A stretch of 63,274 nucleotides of DNA, counting the filler, from Guillardia theta CCMP2712 (lineage: Eukaryota; Protista; Cryptophyta): NCBI RefSeq assembly GCF_000315625.1. It is 5 parts of 5 records of this genome, joined end to end, with 100 filler letters (N's around TTAATTAATTAA, not from the genome) between each part and the next. Parts side by side here need not be neighbours in the genome. Positions count along the whole stretch, not along the records: positions 17,099 to 31,321 come from NW_005434309.1; positions 31,422 to 52,562 come from NW_005434455.1; 3 more parts are not named here. One strand, 5' to 3'. Made by a program: the position numbers and the translations under genes. The notes below the pieces were generated by a model, which did no database searches, was not told where the DNA came from, and saw nothing but the letters and a program-made list of their open reading frames with translations. Shown here one piece after another: positions 25,702 through 35,715 of this stretch. Within the stretch, counting starts at the first letter, position 1. Each line of letters opens with the position of its first letter.

Positions 25702-26601
25702 GCTGATCTTGTCGCTCAGATGGAGACGGAGGGTACCTACCGGGGGGCGGGGTAGTAAAGAGGTGTGGTAAAAGGAAGTGATATCTGAAGTGCCGTCAGC
25801 ACCAATGACCAGCTGTCAGCATTGCTGTTGCTGACCACCCGCTTTACTGCCTGCCAGGATCGTCTCCTCGATGAGGCCTGACCGATGCTCAGGGGCTTGC
25901 GCTTCAAGGTGATGGAGGGGCTGGTGATGATGCTGATGATGGAGCCGAAGCTTGAGGATGAGGCTAGACCTGCAGCAGCACTCGAGGCTGGCCAGGCTTG
26001 GCTAAGGACTCGAGCTCTCACGCTCAAGCTGCACCCCCAGGTCCTGAAGCTCAAGCTCGACTGTCGACGATATGGAGGGGGAACGCGCCGTCAGCCTCTG
26101 AGCCTGTCGACCCTGATGCGGGCAGCGACGAGTACTCCTGGCTGCATGGCCTGGAGGCAGACCCACACGCTCTAGCCAAAGCAAGCCTCGACAGCAGCAG
26201 AGGCTGCTCTCCCCAGCCCCCACCGACGATGCGCCGAGTCGTTGAAGGATTCTACGCAAGACAAGCCGCAGCATGTGTGAGAGCATGTAGGCGCCATGCT
26301 TGGGGGCGGATAGCTGACGCGAACTCAAGCTCAAGCTCAAGCTCAAGCTCATGCTCATGCTCAAGCTCAGCCCCAGCTTGCCGCCGTCTTTCCTCGTTCG
26401 CCCCCGCAAGACGCAAGAAGAGTGGTAAAGAGACGTCAGCAGGCCTGTGACTTGAAGATGGGGAAGCCTTGATATGTCAGCAATCCCTTCTTGCTGACGG
26501 CACCTTGAGATTCAAGAGTCTATTTCTCCTTTTACCACACCTCTTTACTACCCGCCCCCCTCTATTTCATCCCCTGTCTTTCCCCGAGCGACAAGAACAG
26601 C

Positions 26602-27336
26602 ATGGGGGACCGCCTGCTCCACCATCAGACTCCCCCAGCCATCGACCCGGCAGCACACGACGAGTCGGTGGACGAGGCTGTCGCTCGCATGGCGGCCAGC
26701 CAGCCAGCCTTCGCCGACCCCTTCCTCCAAGACAGCCAGGCCCTACACGCCCATCCCCTCCTCGAGCACTGGCACGGGGAACCGCCTGGCGAGGGCGTCG
26801 AGAGCGACGCGAGCGCGGGGAAGGAGGAGGGCGGGGGTGGGTCGGGGTCAGCAGGCAGGCCCAAGACAAAGCAGCCCGCCTTCAGGCGTCACCCCTGGAC
26901 CGAGGAGGAGGAGGCGCGCTTCCGGATCGCGCTGGAGATGTTCGGGCCCAAGGAGCGGAGCTTGGTGACGCAGGGCAGGATCCCCGTGGGGCTAGGGGCG
27001 GGGGCGGCGAGGAGCATGGCGAGCTTCATCGGGACGAGGTCGGTCCAGCAGGTCAGGTCGCACGCCCAGAAGCACTTCATCAAGCTCGTCTCCTCCCCCA
27101 GCGAGGCGGAGGCGTCAGGGCCAGCCATCCAAGGCCATGCTGACGCATCGACATCTCGAGCAGCCGCGGGAGGCAGGGGAGGAGGAGGGCGGCGGCGGCG
27201 AGACGACACCCAGGAGGCGTCACAGGAGCAGGAAGCAAAGGGAGTGGAAGAAGGCAGGGAGGGGAGAGGGAGTGGGAGGGATGGGAGAGGGGAAAGAGGG
27301 AGGGAAGCTTGTGACGAGAGGAGAGGAGGGAGGTAG
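26602..27336 (+). CDS. SHAQKYF-class Myb transcription factor, copy 6 (ungapped, 244 aa ORF)
   Basis: Same Myb domain; the most diverged N-terminus (MGDRLL, WHGEPP). Confidence 0.85.
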   Translation: MGDRLLHHQTPPAIDPAAHDESVDEAVARMAASQPAFADPFLQDSQALHAHPLLEHWHGEPPGEGVESDASAGKEEGGGGSGSAGRPKTKQPAFRRHPWTEEEEARFRIALEMFGPKERSLVTQGRIPVGLGAGAARSMASFIGTRSVQQVRSHAQKHFIKLVSSPSEAEASGPAIQGHADASTSRAAAGGRGGGGRRRRDDTQEASQEQEAKGVEEGREGRGSGRDGRGERGREACDERRGGR

Positions 27337-28290
27337 TGACGGCAGCCTCGTGACAGCTGCTGGAGCCACCTGCAGGCTCAGCGGTATGTTTGTCAACGGA
27401 TGGAGCCTCAAGAGACGGCAGGAGCAGGTCAGGAGGATGGTGTCAGGGAGGAGCCGAGGGTATGTGAGCTAGGAAGAAGGAAGGGGAGGGAAGGGAGAAC
27501 GTAGGGGTAACGGCCTCTTGTATAGTACAAGTCATGACATGGTGAAGCCTGATGCTCTGAGAGGAACGCAGAGGACTAACTAAGCTACTTCTCATCCATG
27601 TGCCCAACGGCACTGGAGCGACGCCTTGCTGACAGGTGCTGTGACTTTACTACCCCGGTGACTTTTACCACTCAGTGACCATTCCTGCCTTCCGCCTTCC
27701 ACGACGCCGACGCCGACGCCTTCTTCCTCTCCTTCTTTCATGCCTGCCTGCGATGCTGCTCTCGACGTCTGTGCCCTCAGCAGCCCTCCCTCCACCTGCC
27801 CATGCGCCTCGGCTAGCACCTGTGAGCTCGTCCAGCGCCTGCCCCCGACCCAGCATGGCGCCTACATGCTCTCACACATGCCAGGCAGATCCAGCGGCGG
27901 GTTAGGTGTAGAACCTTTCAACGACTCGGCGCATCGTCGGTGGGGGCTGGGGAGAGCAGCCTCTGCTGCTGTCGAGGCATGAAGGATGACCCTGATGCGG
28001 GCAGCGACGAGTACTCCTGGCTGCATGGCCTGGAGGCAGACCCACACGCTCTAGCCCAAGCAAGCCTCGACAGCAGCAGAAGCTGCTCTTCCCAGCCCCC
28101 ACCGAGGATGCGACGAGGCGGATGTAGGCCCCATGCTCGAGGCTGACAGCCCGGTTGAGGCTCAACCTGAAGCTCATTCGCAACCTCAAGCTTTCACTGT
28201 TATCTGTGTATGGGCAAGACCCAGATCATACACTGGTGGCTTGCCGTTCATTAAGGGAACGATAAGGTCGAGGACAAGGACATGGATGAG

Positions 28291-28344
<54 letters not shown>

Positions 28345-28541
28345 GAGGAGGGAGATTCTTGGGGACAATCATGCCTGTTTTGCTGAATCTCAGTTTCGAG
28401 CTTTCATGTACAAGTCATTGAAAGCATCTGCCTCAGCAAAACTTGAGTCGCTTCAGTAAATCAGCCGAACGACTCAAGGTCACTAGGATATTTACAAGAA
28501 TTCACATTTTTTCATGTTGCTCCTTCGTCATCGCCGTGTGT

Positions 28542-29711
28542 TCAGGGCATCAGAGACTCTTTGGCTCCTGCTACGTCATCACCTCCTACAGCTCCTCCCG
28601 ATGTCTCCTCCCTCTCCTCCTCCACCTGCTCCATCTCCATCGACCAGTCGTTGGGAGACACTTGAACAACAAGCTTCCCCACCGTCCTCCTGCTGTGCAG
28701 CCTCTCGAACGCTGTTTGCACTGCCTCCTCCTCGAAGGGAAAGATCTCACTCACGGTGGGACGCAGCTGCTGGGCCTCAGTCAATGCCTTCAGCTGCTCT
28801 AGAGCTCTCCGGCTGCCGGGAAAAGAGACCCAGAACAGCTCCTGCTGCCCGAACAGGTTCATCCCAACCAGCTTCTTCACCAGGGCTCGAGCCCACTCTG
28901 ACGTGCTTCCTCCGATCGTGATGTACTTGCCACGAACAAGGCGACGGCCGTCATTGTTGGCCATAATCAGCCTCCTGTACTGGTATACCGCGTCCTGCTC
29001 CTCGTTGCTCGAGACGGTGTCGAGACAGAGGTCAAAGGGCCCCTCTAGGCTCGTGAGCCTCTTGAGCTCGGACAGGATGAAATCGCTCCCTTTCGTGTAG
29101 TCGATGATGTTCTCAGCTCCCAGAGCCTCGACAAACTTTGAGTTCCTCGGCCCGCAGACGCTGGTCACTTGCGCGCCGATCGCCCTGGCGATTTGGATGG
29201 CAACATGTCCGACGCCCCCACTCCCCCCTATCACCAGCAGCCTCTGTGACTTTGACAGGTGGTTGTCAAACACCAGTGCCTGCATCGCCGTCAGCCCGAC
29301 AATCGGCAGCGCACCTGCCTCAGCAAACGACAAGCTCGTCGGCTTCTTCGCAATCTGGTCCATGGGCGCCTGCACGTAGTGGGTCAAAGTCCCCGCGCCC
29401 GACGGCAGCGTCCCGAAGACAGAGTCCCCGATGCTGAAGCCAGGGCAGCCAGGAGGAGCGTCTACTACGACCCCGGAGAAGTCGAAGCCGACGGCTCGTC
29501 CCTCCATCGCCATCCTCGCCACGTCCCGCGCCCAGTGCGGGACCTTGTCGCCTATCTGAAACTTGGCGTCGCACGGGTTGATGCCAGCGCAGATGACGCG
29601 GCAGAGGAGGTGGCCCTTCTTGGCTCTGAGGTTGACCCTCCTTGATACCATGCGGATACCTTGTTCCGCCCTCCTAGCGTAAACGAGCACTGGAACTCTT
29701 ACTTGCTTCAT
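28542..29711 (-). CDS. MDR-family NAD(P)-dependent oxidoreductase (quinone reductase / RTN4IP1-like), intronless
   Basis: AGINPCD, GFDFSGVV, GDSVFG, KPTSLSFAEAGALPIVGLTA, GGSGGVGHVAIQIA, GKLVV; probable start MKQVRV at 29711. Confidence 0.88.
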   Translation of the reverse strand: MKQVRVPVLVYARRAEQGIRMVSRRVNLRAKKGHLLCRVICAGINPCDAKFQIGDKVPHWARDVARMAMEGRAVGFDFSGVVVDAPPGCPGFSIGDSVFGTLPSGAGTLTHYVQAPMDQIAKKPTSLSFAEAGALPIVGLTAMQALVFDNHLSKSQRLLVIGGSGGVGHVAIQIARAIGAQVTSVCGPRNSKFVEALGAENIIDYTKGSDFILSELKRLTSLEGPFDLCLDTVSSNEEQDAVYQYRRLIMANNDGRRLVRGKYITIGGSTSEWARALVKKLVGMNLFGQQELFWVSFPGSRRALEQLKALTEAQQLRPTVSEIFPFEEEAVQTAFERLHSRRTVGKLVVQVSPNDWSMEMEQVEEEREETSGGAVGGDDVAGAKESLMP

Positions 29712-30709
29712 CTTCCCTCGCCTCTCCCTCTCCTTCAACACACCTGGACACGAACAAGGAACACCATGCGAGTCAGATAGCAGTTGACAATCTTGTTCAC
29801 AGAGTGAGCATAGCTCAGGAACACTTCTGTTCAGCAAGCGCGGAAAGCTGAGGCCAGGGGATACTCGCGGGGGCAGGCAAGAAGGGAAGAGAAGGGTGAG
29901 CCAGAAGGCAGGATGAACGTGCTGGTGCTGGGGTACCATCTGTACCCACAAATCAGAGACGCAAGATAACAGGACAGATGAAACTAGAGGAGGAGGGTCT
30001 ACATCAGACGAGTGGTCAAGACAGTGGGTCAGGAGCATACGGATCATGGCAGGCAGAGCAAGAAAGATCGTGGTTCATGATGGAGGAAGAGAACGTCATG
30101 AGGCAGGAGGGACGGGGAGGGCAGCCGAATGGCGACAAAGTAGGGACGGGGAAAAAAATCCTTCCGCCTACCCACCCACCCACCCACCCCACCCCCAGAG
30201 GTCCCCTTCGACTACCCCCTCCCCTTCTTTATATTGTACCTGGGCGGAAGATAGCACCCCAGAGGACAACTGAGGGTGGGGTAGCGGAAGGCCCACCAAG
30301 GGGGTGGGGGTGGAGCTGGTCACTCTAGCCGGGCAGAGACACCGGGGTGTCTCGTGTTGCCGGGCCGCCGCCGGGCCCGGCCGGGGCCCGGGCCGCGCTT
30401 GGGCAGGCCGGGCTGACCGACCGACGCTGAAGAACTTCAGTGAAGTGGTACCACTGGGCCACGGGCCGGGGAAATCAGCGTGAAGCCTCGAAGCCCGGTG
30501 AGTCGAGAGTCAATCGACGAAAGGGTGGGATACAGGCCAAATAGACAATCAAGTAAAGATAAGACTGAGAAGAAAAGAGACAAGACAGAAGCCGCTGAGC
30601 GATAAGTCAAGTCAAGTGAAGTGAAGTGAAGGGCAGAGCAGACTGAGACGCTTGAGAGGAAAGGTGAAGGTGAAGGGAGAAGTGAAGGGGAGAGCTGACT
30701 GCGATAGGC

Positions 30710-31210
30710 TCAAAGATAGGAGTCTCCAGCAGTGTCCGTAAGCTGCTTGACCCTCGTAGATAGCGATCTCACCTCCTTGCTGAGCTGGAGCATGCACTGG
30801 AGGGTCAACTCCATGTCGTGATTGATCTTCTCCTCAATCCTCCCCAGCGTCTGACCTGTTGTCGCAACTCAACCAAGTCCCTCCTCTCCCCTCCCCTCCC
30901 CTTCTCCTGCCTACCTTGCTGAGAGAGGATCTTCTCAGCTGCCCCGTAGTCTTGAGGTCTCCCTCCCAGCTGAGCCTCAGCTCTGTCAGCCTCTGCCTTC
31001 CCCGCAAGGCCCCCAAGCGAGCTGCTGCTGGGCTCCTGCTTGATCATGTCGTTGATCTCGTCCTCCTCGTCCTCCTCGTCTCTCATGAGGCGGGTCAGCG
31101 GCTTCATGGCGTTGGCGATCTGCAGGAGCGTGAGAGGGACAGCGGGCGGGGGGCGGGGGAGAGCAGGATGATGGAGAAGGAAGAGGAGGAGGAGGAGGAG
31201 GAGCAGGAGG

Positions 31211-31268
<58 letters not shown>

Positions 31269-31321
31269 TGTCACCCGTGACAGCCTCGACTTGATCGCAG
31301 GGTGCTGGAAGCTGCTCTCGA
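30710..31321 (-). CDS. 3' exons of a hypothetical protein (5' truncated at contig edge)
   Basis: GT-AG exons IANAMKPLTRLMRDEEDEE.., ..CMLQLSKEVRSLSTRVKQLTDTAGDSYL*. Confidence 0.45.
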
Positions 31322-31421
31322 NNNNNNNNNNNNNNNNNNNNNNNNNNNNNNNNNNNNNNNNNNNNTTAATTAATTAANNNNNNNNNNNNNNNNNNNNNNN
31401 NNNNNNNNNNNNNNNNNNNNN
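31322..31421. other. Artificial contig linker
   Basis: TTAATTAATTAA at 31366-31377 in Ns. Confidence 0.97.
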
Positions 31422-33519
31422 CTCCACTCGTGAGGAGGAAGACGAAGGGGAGGAAGAGGAGGAGGAGGAGGAGGAGGAGGAGGAGGATCGTTTCCTCCTA
31501 CGAGTGAGGAGGCTCACAGTGCCGGACGGCTGATCCTCTACCTTGTCTCGCTCCTCCTCCTCCTGCTCTTCTGCCCCAATCTCGTACGAGTCTCTCAGCA
31601 CCTTTTGCGCCTGTGCCGTCGCCTGCTGCTTCGCCTGCATGCCCTCATACTCCGACGTTCTCTCGCCTCCCCGCGACTTGCGCTTGCCCACCTTGCCGCT
31701 CGCCCAGAGCTCGAGCGCCTTGTTGAGGGAGAAGTGGGAGATGGGCATGTCGTTACTGGCCAGCAGCGCCTCCGCCTTCCTCTTCCTCTCGCTCGCTCGC
31801 GCCTCCAGCCTCGCCTTGTACTTCTGCGTCAACCGCTGCAGCTCGTCCTTGAGACTGGACCCTGCCCCTCTCCTCCCCTCTCCTCCTCCTCCTCCTCCTC
31901 CTCTAGTGCGAGGCACGTACACATCGTGCATCTGCTCCTTGGCTCGCTCCTGCAGGACCAGCAGCCGCTGCTGCATGCGGTTGGTCTTGGCGTCGTCCTT
32001 GTCCTCGCGGCTCATGGTCGCATAGCGAGGCACCGTGCGAGGAAGTTTGACGCCTTTCTTGGTCCCTGACTCCTCCATGTCCAGCTGCGCGTCCTCGTCG
32101 ATGTCTTCCATCCACTCTCCCCTGTCCCATCGATCTTCGTCAAACGAGGTGTAGGGGGAGGAGGAGGAGGAGGAGGAGGAGGAGGAGGAGGAGGAAGAAT
32201 CGTCGTCACTCCGGTAGTAGCTCGAGCTGTTCCACTCCGCGCTCCTCCACTTCTCCTCCCAGTCCACGTCGAAGATGCTCTTCATCGTCGTCTGCTTCTC
32301 CTGGTCGTACTTCCCAGTCCACCCTGGCGTCAGGTGCCCGTCGGGGTAGGCGCAGGTGCTGTGCTTGCATGCTCGCGCCTTGAACGCTCCGATCAGCTCC
32401 GTCCCCTTCTTCACCTCCTGCTTCAGGAACGGCTCGTGCGAGTAGTCCACCTGGTACCTCACCGGGTTGCCCCCCCCGGTCATCCACGTGTGATGGGTCA
32501 CCACTACCATGGCGTGCCTGCCGGTGTTGCTGCGGGGGTAGACCTTGGAGATCCAGTCGTCCATCCACCAGTCGGAGAGGACGACGGGGTAGTAGGTCTG
32601 AAAGATGTACGAGTGCGTCCTGTGAACGAAGTCGTGCGTTAGGATCTTCCTGTTCCCGTCCTCGCACGTCGGCCCGACAACTCCGAGGAACGGAGGGTCG
32701 AAGGCAGCGAGCGAGGACACGAAGGCCCCGGCCCACAGGGTGCGGAACTCGGTGTCGTCGTTGATGCGGTAGACGAAGTCAGCCCCGTCCTCGAACGCTG
32801 CGGCCGCGAGGAAGTTGAAGATGGGTCCGGGCTTGCGCAGGACGTTGAGGAAACGGACGGAGGCGAATCGGGCGGTGATGCCCTTGTCCTTGGCGGGGGA
32901 GGAGACGTGCTTCTCGAACCACTGCGTCAGCTCCTCCCTCCTCTTTTCATCATCGTAGAACAAGTCGCCTGCGTCAAACCCGACGTACATCCGGTACTCG
33001 AAGCCTTGCTCCAGCGTCCGCAGCAGCGAGGAAAGCAGCACCATCACCAGCGGCGACTCCTCGAGCGAATCCCAGCGATACCCGCGGGAAGTCGATCCGA
33101 GGATGATGGCGATGATGGGCTGAGACAAGCCTGTTGCGAACCAATCAGCATAAAAATCCTCGTCACTCCTTCTCCTCGTCCTCGTCCTCGTCCTCGTCCT
33201 CTTCGTCCCTGTCCTTGTCCTCCCCACTCCTCGTTTTCTTCTTTCCAGTCTGCTCCTGCCTCCTCTGCTCCTGCTCCCAACTCGCCTAACTCTCTCTTCT
33301 GCTCCTACAAGACTGACCAGCAATTTGCTTCATCTTCTCCCCCGGTGCTCGAGCAGCAACGGCAGCTTCCACGCCTGCTGCTGTGGTTGTATTGTGAACT
33401 GCTGGCGGCGTCCCTTGCAGGCACTGGTCGTTCCATCCTGCCGGGTAGTGGCAGTCGCAGTTGAGAGACTTCCACCTGATACGCCGTAAGCTCCTTACCC
33501 GATCCTCCTCCTCCTTTCT

Positions 33520-33567
<48 letters not shown>

Positions 33568-33586
33568 GTCATCGTCGTCTTCGTAG

Positions 33587-33621
<35 letters not shown>

Positions 33622-34796
33622 TCCATCATTATCGTCACCACCATCACCACCAACTCACTGTTTCTTGACCGACGAGCTCGCTTGCCCCCAGTCCACACCG
33701 ACTTCGATGCCCGCGTCCGCACGCATGGCCTCGCATCGCTTCTTGGTCTTCTTCGAGTGCTCCTTCCACCTCGCGTACTGGTCGGCTAGTCGCTTCTCGC
33801 ACCTGAGGGATGCGATCAGATAGAGGCGGACGATGAGAGGGAGGAGGGAGGGAGAGTCGGTAGCAGGGAGAGGGAAAGGACATGGATGTGGAGAGGGGTG
33901 GGGGAGGTAGGAAGGGAGGACAGCGAAGGACAGCGGAAGGAGGAGCATGGGACCTGAGGCGCTCAAACAGCTCCTTCTCATCGGGCCGCGCGTCTCCTCG
34001 AAGCTTGATGATGGAGTCAAGGTTTGAGCACCTGCCAGGCCCGTCAGCTCACAAGCAGCAGCGTCACGAGTCACTTGATGCTGTCGGGATCCATGTTGGC
34101 CACCCAGTCTCTCCCTTCCATCGTGATCTGGAAAAGGTGTGAGGAGGAGGAGGAGGAAAAGAAGGAGGAGGAGGAGGAGGAGGAGGAGGAGGAGGAGGTG
34201 GTGGTGGTGGTGGTGGAAGAGCAGGAGGAGGAAGAAGATAGGAAAGCGGGAGAGGGGGGGGCAAGACAGAAGAGGAGGAGGAGAGCCAGCGAGCCAGCAA
34301 GAGGGAGGAAGGTCAGGAGAAGGGAGGACGGTCAGGAGGAGGGAGGAGGGAGGAGGGTTAGGAAGAGGGTTGAAAACGAGGGTGAACATGTCGCATGCGC
34401 ACCTGCAGTTCCTGCGGGTCCTTCGCCTCCCCGTCGCTGCTCCTGCACCGGACGAGTTACTCCCTCCTCCTGCTCTCCTCATGTCCCACTTGTCTGCGGA
34501 GAGGTCGTCCTGTGGTAGGTCGGCCAGCATCTCGCTGCTTGCCGACCTGCCCATATCCTGCCTGTGCACGAAGGAGAACACGTTGAAGTGGTAGAGAAGG
34601 ACGACGGCGATCTGTCCAGCAGCGTCAGCTCCGATTGCCGAAAGATATGGCGGGAAGAACCACGAGGATGAATTGCTTCTCCGTCCTGCTCCAGTTGCTG
34701 CCCTCAGCGCTGCTGTTGGCGTCTACGCGACAGGGTCAGTCTGCACACTGGGCATGCGGCGCCGCGCGAACCTCGTCTGCGATCGCTCTCGACCAT
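31422..34796 (-). CDS. Type II membrane GT-A-fold (GT2-like) glycosyltransferase, 3' partial
   Basis: ATG 34796; N-terminal TM segment (FILVIAVVLLYHF); catalytic exon with YVGFDAGD, FNFLAAAAFEDGADFVYRINDD, GVVGP, ILTHDFVHRTH, DWWMDDWISKVY; long charged tail. Confidence 0.7.
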
Positions 34797-35715
34797 GGTG
34801 GGTTGATGAAGAGGTCCTCCTCCTCTCCCTCCTCCTCCTCGCTCCTCGTCCTCCTGTTCACCACCCATGTCAGGTGAACGTCAGCTGATTATTTCCCCTT
34901 CACCGAAGATTGGCTCTTACTCCTCCTCTAGTGGGGAAGAGATAACTTCCCTCCCCCACCTATCTTCCACCCTCACCAGCACCGCTGCCTTCTCCTCCTT
35001 TCCTTCCTCGCATACCCTTTGTCTTCCTGTCTCCCGCACCCTCTCTGGAACCAAGTGCTACTGCTTTTGCCACTGCTGCTCCCTCCCTATCATTACGACT
35101 GACATGCTCGCTGCTGCTCCTGGTCCTGCTGTTCTTTCTGGTCCTGGTCCTGGTCCTGGTCCTGGTCCTGGTCCTGCTCTCCTGCTCCTGCTCCTGCTCT
35201 CCTGCTCCTGCTCTCCTGCTCCTGCTCTCCTGCCCCTGCCCTGCTGCCCTTCTGCCCTGCTGCCCTGCTGCTGCCCTCCTACTCCTCCTGCTCTTCCTCC
35301 TCCTCGTCCTCTGCCCTTCATATGACATGCCAGCATGCCCTCTCTTGCCACTACCCCCACCCCCATTTCCACACTTTATGACCCCATGAAAATAGGACAC
35401 CCCACTGAGTCTATTAGCGTCCTTGTGACTCGGCATGACAGCTGGAGGGAGCAGTAGAGGGCGGGAGGAGGATGGGGGAGAGGGAGGGAGAGGGAGGGAG
35501 AGGGAGGGAGAGGGAGGGAGAGGGAGGGAGAGGGAGGGAGAGGTGGGAGAACGGAGATAGAGTGGAGGAGAGCAGGAGGAGGCAACAGGAAAGGTCGATT
35601 GAGGCAGATCTTTCATCCTCATCGTTGCTTTCACGTTGTATTAGGTTGATTGTATTACAACACCTCTCGCAAAGGGGAAATGACGGCAGAGCCACGGCTA
35701 TGTCGGGCTGCTGCT

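Larger units (their letters stand above)
17130..28120. repeat. Nested inverted-repeat (palindromic) array carrying six Myb genes
   Basis: Mirror-image blocks, e.g. 17940/27510, 18890/26550, 19608/25701, 20880/24430, 22330/23090; centre about 22.7 kb; several N gaps. Confidence 0.85.
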
